A DNA stretch of 14,901 nucleotides from Synechococcus sp. (lineage in GTDB: Bacteria; Cyanobacteriota; Cyanobacteriia; Thermostichales; PCC-7336). The notes below the pieces were generated by a model. That model worked only from the letters and a program-made list of their open reading frames with translations. It was not told the DNA's origin and did not search any database. Made by a program: the position numbers and the translations under genes. Positions 7,195 to 14,901 of the stretch are shown here, piece after piece. The stretch lies in contig JBFRWD010000121.1 of assembly GCA_051439425.1 (NCBI GenBank), positions 1-14,901 on the forward strand, read 5' to 3'. Each line of letters starts with the position of its first letter. Positions within the stretch are counted from its first letter, which is position 1.

Positions 7195-7863
7195 TCACAG
7201 CTGGTTGCGGGTTTCGCTCCCGTGTGAATTTGCCTGAAAGCCTCTACTGACCTGAAACTCCATTCACTCAGCTTCAGTGGGCTAAAGTTCCTGAGGTTGA
7301 CGGTTGATGGAGTTGTCTTCTGCGATCGCCACTGCAATGTCATCACTCCGTTCGTGACAGCCCTCGGTAATTATCATGAGTATCTACCTATGACACCCGG
7401 CAGAGCCAAAAAGCAGAATTAATCGTGGTATGGCCTCAAACGTTCCAGAAAACTAGCGTGGTAGAGAGATTCCGGAGCATGGACACAAGCGATTGCTCAA
7501 AACCGCGATCGATCGGAAGTTTTTTCTCACCATCGAGAGAGTCTTTGCCTGATAAGACAAATTTATGCATTTATTGCTGCCCCTCGAAAGGATAAGACGG
7601 TTACATTATGGCTTGAAAAGTTTGGAGTATGTGACGAACGATCTCCGGCATTTCTGCAAGAGATAAGTCACTCCGTCTGCATCTTCTCTTCGTTCTCGGT
7701 AGCAGAGAGTTAGATTTGCTGTGTGTTGAAACCTGAATATCGAGGAAAGGAACGGGAGCAGCCACCGAATCAGCTTGTTTTATCTGATTGAGTGCTCAAG
7801 CTGGCTATGGGAGTCGATAGTCAGATCGGTTAAATATCTATCAAAATCCGCAACCAGTTGTGA
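7195..7863. repeat. 22-bp imperfect long-range inverted repeat enclosing a 669-bp non-coding segment
   Basis: Left arm TCACAGCTGGTTGCGGGTTTCG (7195-7216); reverse complement of the right arm (7842-7863) TCACAACTGGTTGCGGATTTTG. 19/22 identical, perfect core CTGGTTGCGG. Confidence 0.7.
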
Positions 7864-8013
7864 CTCAACGAGCGGTCGATTTCTAACTTTAAATGAACTT
7901 AATTTTGGCCCAAATAATTAGACCTCTTGCAAAGTTACTTCTTTATCATCAATAGATACTTTCTAGATTGATTGCATAAGAATTATCGATTCATTGTTTT
8001 ACATCTGCACATC

Positions 8014-8709
8014 TTAAAGTGCGGCCAAGTTGCCACACATTTCGTTTGCAGGAACCGCCTCCATAATCTTTTTGGGATAAGGCAAGTCGAGAGATTTCAT
8101 GAAGTCAATAAACTCCGACCGAGAGCGTCCGGAGAATCTTGAATTCAAGTGCTTTTCCTCCCTAATGCTGGAGCAGGTGAACCCCCGATAATCGTGGCCT
8201 GGAAAAACAAGGGTCTCATCAGGCAAAGTAAACAGTCGCTGAGTCACCGAATCGTATGGGGTTCCAGCATCCCCGCTTTGAAAATCAGTACGGCCGCAAC
8301 CCCGAATTAAGAGGGCATCTCCGGTCAGCACTCGCTCTCCATTGACCCGATAAGCCATGTGACTATCGGTATGACCAGGGGTAGCGATCGCATCGATCGA
8401 GATCGAGCCCACTGTCAATACCTGACCGTCCTGGATGTAACAATCAGCGCATGCAGCGCTAGCCCCCGCAGGCACGCATCCCTGACATCCGGTGGATTTT
8501 CGAAGGCGATCGGTACCGGTCACGTGATCTGCATGAATGTGGGTTTCGAGACAATACTCAAGCTTGAAGCCCAATTCCTGCAGAAGTTTAAGATCTCTAT
8601 CCCCTTGCTCGAACACCGGATCTACCAACACCGCAGCTTTTGCCGCAGGGTCGGCAATTAGATAGGTATAAGTGAAGGTCTCGCGATCGAACAATTGACG
8701 AAAGATCAT
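8014..8709 (-). CDS. Persulfide dioxygenase (ETHE1-like MBL-fold protein)
   Basis: MIFRQLFD..TYTYL, ETHIHADH, TPGHT, TGDALLIRGCGRTDFQ, PGHDY and C-terminal AVPANxxCG motifs; SD GAGG. Confidence 0.93.
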   Translation of the reverse strand: MIFRQLFDRETFTYTYLIADPAAKAAVLVDPVFEQGDRDLKLLQELGFKLEYCLETHIHADHVTGTDRLRKSTGCQGCVPAGASAACADCYIQDGQVLTVGSISIDAIATPGHTDSHMAYRVNGERVLTGDALLIRGCGRTDFQSGDAGTPYDSVTQRLFTLPDETLVFPGHDYRGFTCSSIREEKHLNSRFSGRSRSEFIDFMKSLDLPYPKKIMEAVPANEMCGNLAAL

Positions 8710-8776
8710 TCTGCGATCCTCTCTTTAGACAGCAAACATGCGCAAAGATGGGAGCTTTTTCAGCTCCGGATGGAAA

Positions 8777-9244
8777 TCAAAATTTGTGGGAAGGTGAGCT
8801 TTGAGGATGTTCAGGAGGAGTAGGGGGTTGAGTCTGTATGGAGATCCATCGATAGGTGAGCGAGCCGCCGATCGCCGAGAGAATAAATATGACTGGATTC
8901 CAAATACCTAACGCCAGCGCGGTAATCCCCGGGCCGGGGCAATACCCGGAAATGCCCCAGCCAATTCCAAACAATCCCGCCCCAATAAGCAGAGGGCGAT
9001 CGATCGCGGTTTTGCTGGGTAAGTAAAATCGATGGCTTAACAAAGGGTGGGGTAGGGGCAAGATAAAGCGAAAGGCAATCAGAGTCACCCCGACTGCCCC
9101 ACCCAGGACAAATAAAAGTGTGGGGTCCCAAGCTCCGGCTACGTCTAGAAATCCCAATACTCGTTCCCGGTCGATCATTTGGGACAGGCTCAGCCCAAAG
9201 CCAAAAATCAGGCCGCATAGTAACGCGATTGCTTTCTGTTTCAC
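8777..9244 (-). CDS. YeeE/YedE-family sulfur-compound transporter half (DUF6691 type)
   Basis: FGFGLSLSQM...VLGFLDVAGAWDPTLLFV and LFGIGWGISGYCPGP motifs; GTG start. Confidence 0.92.
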   Translation of the reverse strand: MKQKAIALLCGLIFGFGLSLSQMIDRERVLGFLDVAGAWDPTLLFVLGGAVGVTLIAFRFILPLPHPLLSHRFYLPSKTAIDRPLLIGAGLFGIGWGISGYCPGPGITALALGIWNPVIFILSAIGGSLTYRWISIQTQPPTPPEHPQSSPSHKF

Positions 9245-9285
9245 GGGAGTCTTCCTTCAGGCAATACCTGCTAAAACAGATGCCT

Positions 9286-9708
9286 CTAAAGCGCCAAGAG
9301 ATGCCGGATGACAAATACTGTCACAACGCCCGTTGCCAAGAATGTTAAAACCGCAGCGAGAGAACGAAGGGAAAAACGCCCCAACCCACAAACGCCATGT
9401 CCGCTTGTGCAGCCGTTGCCCATCCGCGTTCCGAAGCCGACTAAAAAGCCCCCAAGCACCATACTCATGGGAACAAAACCCGAACGGGGCGTGGGAACGG
9501 GGGCCAAGGTATATACGTAAATCCCCCCTCCAATCAACCTTCCTAGCAAGAAAAACCACTGCCAATAGTCTTTGTTGGAAAATTGGATAGCACCATTGAG
9601 TATTCCACTGATGCCTGCGATTCGTCCGTTAAGCGCCAGTAGTAGCGTTGCACTAACTCCAATTAGAATGCCCCCTAGCAAAGCCGTAATCCAGTTAAAC
9701 TCCACCAT
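9286..9708 (-). CDS. YeeE/YedE-family sulfur-compound transporter half
   Basis: GGILIG...NGRIAGISGI and LVGFGTRMGNGCTSGHGVCGLGRFSLRS motifs. Confidence 0.93.
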   Translation of the reverse strand: MVEFNWITALLGGILIGVSATLLLALNGRIAGISGILNGAIQFSNKDYWQWFFLLGRLIGGGIYVYTLAPVPTPRSGFVPMSMVLGGFLVGFGTRMGNGCTSGHGVCGLGRFSLRSLAAVLTFLATGVVTVFVIRHLLAL

Positions 9709-10132
9709 TGGTTCTGCCGAATCATTCCTAAACCTATTGTGACTCGTGTGCCGGGGGAGAAGAGAAGGTCTGCTTTACTAAACGTTGCATGTTGTCTAGG
9801 GGATAAACGGGTGCTTTGATTACGAACTGGCATTGAAACAAAAGCCCTTTCCACCCTTTCTTGCTCGGGCTTCTTTCACCATTGTTCGTTAAATTTTATC
9901 TGAAGTCCAAAACTCACCATTGACGCTGTTGCGTCCAGCAATGATGTGGACGGGGCAGTAGCCAGCCCCTTGGTGCAAGCGGACGGCAGTGCCAGTACCA
10001 TTGCACCGTTAGGGCTTTCATCAAGTAAAGGCTTCAGCCGATCTCATCAGATCTTTTGTCAGTCAATCAATCCGTTCGGCTATATATCAAAGCCCCGCAA
10101 TCAGCTGAGTGTCGAGCTCTCTGATGCACGAT

Positions 10133-11347
10133 TTACGACGCTGAGCGGAACAGATTGTCCTGAATGACGCGCTCAAAATCAACTTCTGACAGCGGTTTAC
10201 CGAGAAAATCAGTAGCACCCACCATTTTTGCGCGAACTCTATCAACAATTCCGTCATTACCGGTCAAGATAATAATCGGAATATGTTTGAAATCCTCGTG
10301 GCGTCGAAATTGACTGCAAACCTCGTATCCACTGGTATTGGGCATAACTAAATCTAGAAAAATTAGATTGGGCTTCTTCTCCAATAAAACTTCCATAGCC
10401 TCCAATGGATTGGAGATTGAAATGTAGTTAAATCCGGCTTTGTCTACAAGAAACCTCATGTACTCGCAAATCGCTCGACTATCGTCAATACAAGCGATCG
10501 TGAACGTATCTTGCGATGTTGGAGGTGAAGCATCCTCTTCAGGAGGCTTTACATTCACCGGGCATGGCAAGTCATCCATTGCTTGCCAAGCTAAGATGCC
10601 ACGTTCGACAAATGGTGCCAACTTTTGCACAAAGGGCTTTACATCCCTCTTGAATTTCGCTGCAATTTCCCGCAATGTCGCATTGCCATCCAACATCCTC
10701 TCCATGCTTCTGTAAGTCTTTGGAGGGGTTTGTTCTTTCAGCCTATCTGCCTGTATTACTTTCACCCCAATATTGGGGCGATAGTTGAGTATCTTTGCCT
10801 CATCCCAAGAAGACCATTCAGAGGCAGTGGTCTCTATTGCCTGGTCCGGATCGATCAAGACTGTTTTGGGGAGTTTGGCAGGTTCTTCAATAAATTCTGT
10901 TTTATAGTTACCCGATTGCCAGATGTCAAAGATGGACCAATACACGACTGTTTGGCACATTGCAGACAATTGCTGACGAGAGATCGATTCCCGCTTGAGG
11001 CTTTCGTACAGAATTTCATATTGCCAACATTCTACGGAACCCGTTGCTGAGTACTGCTTGAGGATGTGCAGCACTTGCTGGCGTTGGCGATCGTCCGTGT
11101 ATCTCTGAAGTAGGGCAAGCCATTGCCTGACAGGATGGGGGCCGCCCGAGGCAAACATGATGCGGCCGTAGTAGAAGAAAAATGTCCAGCTCACCTCATG
11201 CGCATCACTTACGACTAATCTGCCGCTAGACCGCTCATGTTTTAGGCGATGCAAGCTCGAACATAACTCATTCGTGCTCTCTGGCAGAATTGACTTTCGT
11301 TCGCCCAGTAGGCTGCGCGAATCAATCTCAACAGTTGTAGAATCCAT
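10133..11347 (-). CDS. PatA-type response regulator (PATAN/DUF4388 + HTH-like linker + REC)
   Basis: SGRLVV...WTFFFYYGRIMFASGGPHPVRQW (PATAN); LDGNATLREIA linker; REC IACIDDS...FLDLVMP...LTG...KP. Start taken at ATG 11347; the track uses GTG 11383. Confidence 0.92.
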   Translation of the reverse strand: MDSTTVEIDSRSLLGERKSILPESTNELCSSLHRLKHERSSGRLVVSDAHEVSWTFFFYYGRIMFASGGPHPVRQWLALLQRYTDDRQRQQVLHILKQYSATGSVECWQYEILYESLKRESISRQQLSAMCQTVVYWSIFDIWQSGNYKTEFIEEPAKLPKTVLIDPDQAIETTASEWSSWDEAKILNYRPNIGVKVIQADRLKEQTPPKTYRSMERMLDGNATLREIAAKFKRDVKPFVQKLAPFVERGILAWQAMDDLPCPVNVKPPEEDASPPTSQDTFTIACIDDSRAICEYMRFLVDKAGFNYISISNPLEAMEVLLEKKPNLIFLDLVMPNTSGYEVCSQFRRHEDFKHIPIIILTGNDGIVDRVRAKMVGATDFLGKPLSEVDFERVIQDNLFRSAS

Positions 11348-11626
11348 AGACCGTTGGGTAATGAGTCTTCCCGATACCAGCACATAGGATTGGCAGGGAA
11401 AACCACAGGAGGAGTGTATAGGATGATTCAGAGTATTCCCCAGGAAGCATGAAGCCTTTCAAAACTCGTTGTTCCAGTGGCTTAATATTTGGCTGTTTTG
11501 ACCAAATGTAATTTTTATACATATTCATGGGTGGATTGTTCGATCGCACTTAGCGCGTTAACCGATTGATTTTTTTGCTAGGCACGCTCCGATGGGCCTG
11601 ACTCGTTATTCGAGAGTCTAGAGCGC

Positions 11627-13471
11627 TCACCCAGAATTCCCATCACTATCCTCTGGTTCGACGGACTCGCCAGTGGCTTCTTGCGGTTTAGCAATCGTTG
11701 GATCGAGGGGAGCAACGCGAAATGCTGGCGGTACATAATTTCCGGGCAAATAGTTTTCCGGAATCGTAATCTGGTGTCCGTCACGCATTGCCGAATAATG
11801 GGGGGACATAATTTCAATATCGGCCTCGTTGCACTTGTCCTGGATATTCTGGTGTAGCTCTGAATAGACCCTTATTATTTGGGTTGTGTTGTTGGTATAG
11901 GCTCGCAATTCATAGCTAACGTAAAAATCATCGAGACTAGTTTGCAAGACAAAAGGAGCGGGTTTATCGACAATTTCCGAGGTAGCGTGAGCCGCGTCGA
12001 TCAATATTTGGTGGACTTTTCTCCACGGCACATCATAACCGAGAGTAATTGTGGTGTTGAGAATTAAAGGTTCTTCAACATCTCTGAGAGTAGCCGTATA
12101 ATTAACAATGCTGCTGGTTAGCATAGTGGAATTCGGAATCGTAATAATCTCATTTTGGGGGGTACGAATTCGAGTTGAAAGAACAGTTTTTTCAAGAACG
12201 ACGCCGACATATTCGCCGAGCTTGACCCGATCGCCAAGTTGAAAGCCACGAGTGTAGATAATGATATATCCCCCAATCACGTTGGAGACTGCGCTAGCGC
12301 CTCCGAGTGTAATAACAGCACCAAATAACAGAGATAGACCTCGAAAGGAGGGGGAATCAAACCCTGGGATGTAAGGAAATGCCAATACTGCAGCGATCGC
12401 GATGATAAATAAAATGGTTAGTTTGTACGTCGGCTCGCTCCATTCTTCGTAGAACCCAGGAATTCTGATCCTTCGACTATCTATGGCGTTGAAGAGCAGT
12501 CGGCAAAACTGAATCAGGTAATACGCGCTGACAGCAATGATCGCGATCGCAAATAAATTTGGGATAAAGCCAACAAAGGAATCTAGTATCAGTTCTAATA
12601 CAACATATATAGTATTCAGTAAGTACTTACCAATTCGTTCTGTCTGCGTAAACAAACTCAAAGCAAATGGAATATAGATATATAAAAGGGATAGTACGAT
12701 TGCCCAGCGTACCAGCCTTATCGCAAAGATTAACGCTGCGGCTTCGCTTTCGGCTGATATTAGTTGTAAGTTTTGAACTCTGATTGGTCGAAACCACCTG
12801 TCTCTTGATGCCTCGATGCGACGAAATACAATAGGAAATATAAACTTTAAGGCAGCAAGAATCAAAAACAGTATCGCTGTCGATATCGCTAAATAAACCA
12901 GACTGGACAGTAGCTTTTCCGTACTCCGTTCTTGTCGATATAGCGTCACGTTCTCCTTAATCGCTTGCAGATGCTCCTCCGCCAATTCTTGCAAGTCGCG
13001 ATTGCTTGCTACTGCATCATCATTTGTGACGCCAAAGATCAGGCGTTCTTCCTCAGCCACGATAAGAATGACTTCTCCAAAATCTTCGAGCGTGAAGGCA
13101 TCTACAGAGATGGAAAAGTCTTGTGCTATCTCTTCAAGTTCCTCTGAAGCAATTTCTGCTCGTTGTCTCGCCGATGTCGTTCGTCCCCCTACCAGAACTT
13201 GAAATACCGTCTCTCCATCTAGAACAACAGGAAATCCTTCTTCAACGTTAGTTACATCTTGAGGAGGCTGAGGTTCGGCTGCTTGCCCTTGCCCTTCTTG
13301 AATATCCTCCTCAACGGTATGAGAGGGATTTTGGGATACGAGGAATTCTGAAACTTGTGGTTCTCGGTTATGGAGAAAAGCGACCGATCGCGGAGACCTG
13401 AAAGGGGAAGCTGTTATAAGAAATGCTACTAAAATAAAGATTAGTAATGTTCTGACTGTTCTTTTCATCAT
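11627..13471 (-). CDS. MscS-family mechanosensitive channel with large periplasmic N-terminal domain
   Basis: PVVLDGETVF periplasmic region, several TM helices, RGFQLGDRVKLG, TRIRTPQNEIITIPNS, TLGYDVPW, LDDFYVSYEL, IEIMSPHY. ATG 13471 or 13468. Confidence 0.93.
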   Translation of the reverse strand: MMKRTVRTLLIFILVAFLITASPFRSPRSVAFLHNREPQVSEFLVSQNPSHTVEEDIQEGQGQAAEPQPPQDVTNVEEGFPVVLDGETVFQVLVGGRTTSARQRAEIASEELEEIAQDFSISVDAFTLEDFGEVILIVAEEERLIFGVTNDDAVASNRDLQELAEEHLQAIKENVTLYRQERSTEKLLSSLVYLAISTAILFLILAALKFIFPIVFRRIEASRDRWFRPIRVQNLQLISAESEAAALIFAIRLVRWAIVLSLLYIYIPFALSLFTQTERIGKYLLNTIYVVLELILDSFVGFIPNLFAIAIIAVSAYYLIQFCRLLFNAIDSRRIRIPGFYEEWSEPTYKLTILFIIAIAAVLAFPYIPGFDSPSFRGLSLLFGAVITLGGASAVSNVIGGYIIIYTRGFQLGDRVKLGEYVGVVLEKTVLSTRIRTPQNEIITIPNSTMLTSSIVNYTATLRDVEEPLILNTTITLGYDVPWRKVHQILIDAAHATSEIVDKPAPFVLQTSLDDFYVSYELRAYTNNTTQIIRVYSELHQNIQDKCNEADIEIMSPHYSAMRDGHQITIPENYLPGNYVPPAFRVAPLDPTIAKPQEATGESVEPEDSDGNSG

Positions 13472-13695
13472 ACTTATCACATATATCTTCTAAGGTTGAA
13501 TCATACTCGCTCGCTCGTCCTCGATCTGCACTATTAAAAAAATCACTCTTTCCACAGTCTCTTGAATTTTTATCCTGTACTTACTTCCTGAGAACTGCAT
13601 ATTTTCTTCTCATTGCTGCGCAAAATCGGGCAACCCCCTGCTTGTGAACAGCATAGTTTTTTAGTTCATCATTCATGTCGGGCCTCAAAGCTGTG

Positions 13696-14538
13696 GGTTG
13701 TGTTGCAAACCTCAGCATGAATCAAGCGAGATGGAGATCTGAGCCCTTGTTCCTCCTCTGAGCAGCTAGCTGATGCCTGCAGATGCTCCGTTCAAATTCC
13801 GTCACTTCCCTCCGTCAATCATCATCATGGCAGTGAGGTGGTACTTGAGGTGTCGGCTGAGTTATCGAGACGTGCAGGAAATGCTGGCAGAACGAGGAGT
13901 CAAGGTCAATCATTCAACAATCTATCGTTGGGTACAACGCTACGCTCCGGAATTGGATGAAAGATGCTGGTCTCGCTGGCAGCCATCGAATGACTCCTGG
14001 AGGGTAGATGAAATTTTATATTCGAGTCGGCGGAGTTTGGAAATACTTGTACCGTGCCGTTGATTCAGCCGGAAACACTCTGGATTTTTGCTGACAGCCA
14101 GACGCGATGCCAAAGCAGCCAAACGCTTTCTGCGTCAGGTCTTGCAGAGAGAGCACGTTCAAACACCGAGAGTCATGAATACTGATAAGCATGGCCGCTA
14201 CGTCAAAGCGATCGCAGAACTGAAACAGTCAGGAGAACTTCCAGAGAACTGCACCCATCGCCCAGTCAAATACCCAAACAACATGGTGGAGCAAGATCGC
14301 CGATTTGTTCGCTGGAGAGTCAAAGCAAGCCAGTATTTCAAGAACTCCTGGACTACTCAACGAACTCTCAGGGGATACGAAACTATCAACATGATTCGCA
14401 AGGGGCAGCTTGATGGTGTTTCTCAGGGAGGCGTCGCTGCTCAGATAAACTTCCTCCATCAACTCTTTGGGATTGCTGTATGAAAATACACGCAGCAGCT
14501 AGGCTCTTTGTCTGCTTCCAAGTTCTTGCAACAGAACC
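13696..14538 (+). mobile_element. IS6-family insertion sequence (843 bp), inactivated
   Basis: Left IR GGTTGTGTTGCAA (13696-13708) and right IR reverse complement GGTTCTGTTGCAA (14526-14538) match 12/13 and resemble IS257/IS26 ends. Flanks AAGCTGTG and TGATTTTC show no 8-bp target duplication. Confidence 0.92.
13773..14483 (+). pseudogene. IS6 DDE transposase with two compensating frameshifts
   Basis: FKFRHF...AVRWYLR..LSYRDVQEMLAERG...WRVDE; extra base in T4 at 14014-14017; the shifted frame reads YIRVGGVWKYLYRAVDSAGNTLDF; missing base in T5 at 14085-14089; then LTARRDAKAA...NTDK...NNMVEQD. The start frame stops at TGA 14061-14063. Confidence 0.9.
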
Positions 14539-14660
14539 TGATTTTCTTTCTTCGCTCCTATCTTGGCTACTCTATTGACAGTTAGCTTCTGTTTCAAGCT
14601 GACCCCAAATGCCAAAGTCTATAAATCTAGCCTGTCTAAATTGCTCCTCCCTGAGTACCG

Positions 14661-14901
14661 ATGAAGCTCGCTGTCTTCACGGCCCCGATGGTGATGGCTC
14701 TAATTGTTGGGACACCTCCCGCTGCTACGGCAGACGCACCGACTATCGCCGCCGAGATCGCCGCCGCAATCTCTACCGTCGCCAGCGGGCACAGCAACTG
14801 GAGGTCAAACTCCCCACCAGAGCCGCTGCCTATCTCTACCTCTACGGCTTGCAACACAGTCGATTGGCTCCCGGTCAAGCAGTCAGCAAACGACGCTCGC
14901 C
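14661..14901 (+). CDS. 5' part of a probable exported protein, truncated by the window end
   Basis: ATG 14661 opens MKLAVFTAPMVMALIVGTPPAATA|DAPTIAAEIAAAIST..., with no stop up to the window edge and a Sec-type signal with an A-T-A cleavage motif. Absent from the track because it lacks a stop. Confidence 0.55.
   Translation, partial: MKLAVFTAPMVMALIVGTPPAATADAPTIAAEIAAAISTVASGHSNWRSNSPPEPLPISTSTACNTVDWLPVKQSANDAR

Larger units (their letters stand above)
1615..14215. repeat. Dispersed HIP1 octamers GCGATCGC
   Basis: Copies start at 1615, 1760, 2521, 4932, 5370, 7322, 8384, 12393, 12543 and 14208 (manual scan, may be incomplete). HIP1 is a cyanobacterial hallmark. Confidence 0.9.

Noticed and set aside
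7152..7250. 32-aa + strand ORF after AGGAG
   Set aside because: SD-ATG spacing is only 3 nt and the peptide has no recognisable features.
7195..7260. c-di-GMP (GEMM) riboswitch upstream of the kinase-GGDEF operon
   Set aside because: GGCAAA and CGAAA words occur on the minus strand, but the P1/P2 arrangement and GACGCAAAG linker are absent.
7390..7713. Stop-interrupted + frame (KKQN*SWYGLK...) as a transposase relic inside the IR-bounded segment
   Set aside because: Only a faint resemblance to an IS5-type motif and no DDE context; BLASTX would be needed.
9709..10132. Remnant of an ArsR or rhodanese gene upstream of yeeE
   Set aside because: Manual translation of the minus frames gave no recognisable motif.
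11506..11522. Palindromic ATGTA...TACAT upstream of the PatA-type gene as an NtcA site
   Set aside because: Spacing is GTA-N7-TAC, not N8.
2348..13202. Numerous short track ORFs nested in or antisense to confident genes
   Set aside because: They are shadow frames of well-supported CDSs.
1..14538. Composite transposon formed by the two IS6 elements
   Set aside because: They are different subtypes with dissimilar proteins and ends, both are dead, and no shared target duplication is visible.
14636..14878. Minus-strand 80-aa ORF from the track
   Set aside because: It is the antisense shadow of the + strand signal-peptide ORF starting at 14661, which looks more protein-like; not fully excluded.
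1..14901. CRISPR array, tRNA, rRNA, retron or intron
   Set aside because: No regularly spaced repeats, cloverleaf, reverse transcriptase or intron domain V motifs were seen.

Overview
Cyanobacterial accessory-type region: at least 10 HIP1 GCGATCGC octamers, plus DUF4278, DUF1400 and PatA-type genes. Two unrelated, decayed IS6-family elements bound it. Left to right: an internally deleted IS6 transposase relic; a DUF4278 small-protein gene with a glnA-type glutamine riboswitch and a perfect NtcA box upstream; a probable ccdA-like relic; a small secreted-type ORF; a YidB/DUF937 gene; a DUF1400 alpha/beta hydrolase; a PAS histidine kinase followed by a GGDEF-REC gene containing a C9 tract; a ~890 bp non-coding spacer; a yeeE-yeeE-persulfide dioxygenase cluster with signs of decay; an orphan PatA-type regulator; a large MscS channel; a doubly frameshifted IS6; and the start of a signal-peptide protein running off the right edge. 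The strongest unexplained signal is a 669-bp segment (7195-7863) in the spacer. It is closed by 22-bp imperfect inverted repeats and has nested pairings that favour a + strand RNA fold. It could be a large ncRNA, an invertible switch upstream of the kinase/GGDEF pair, or a MITE-like relic. All family calls come from motif recognition by eye; no searches were run.
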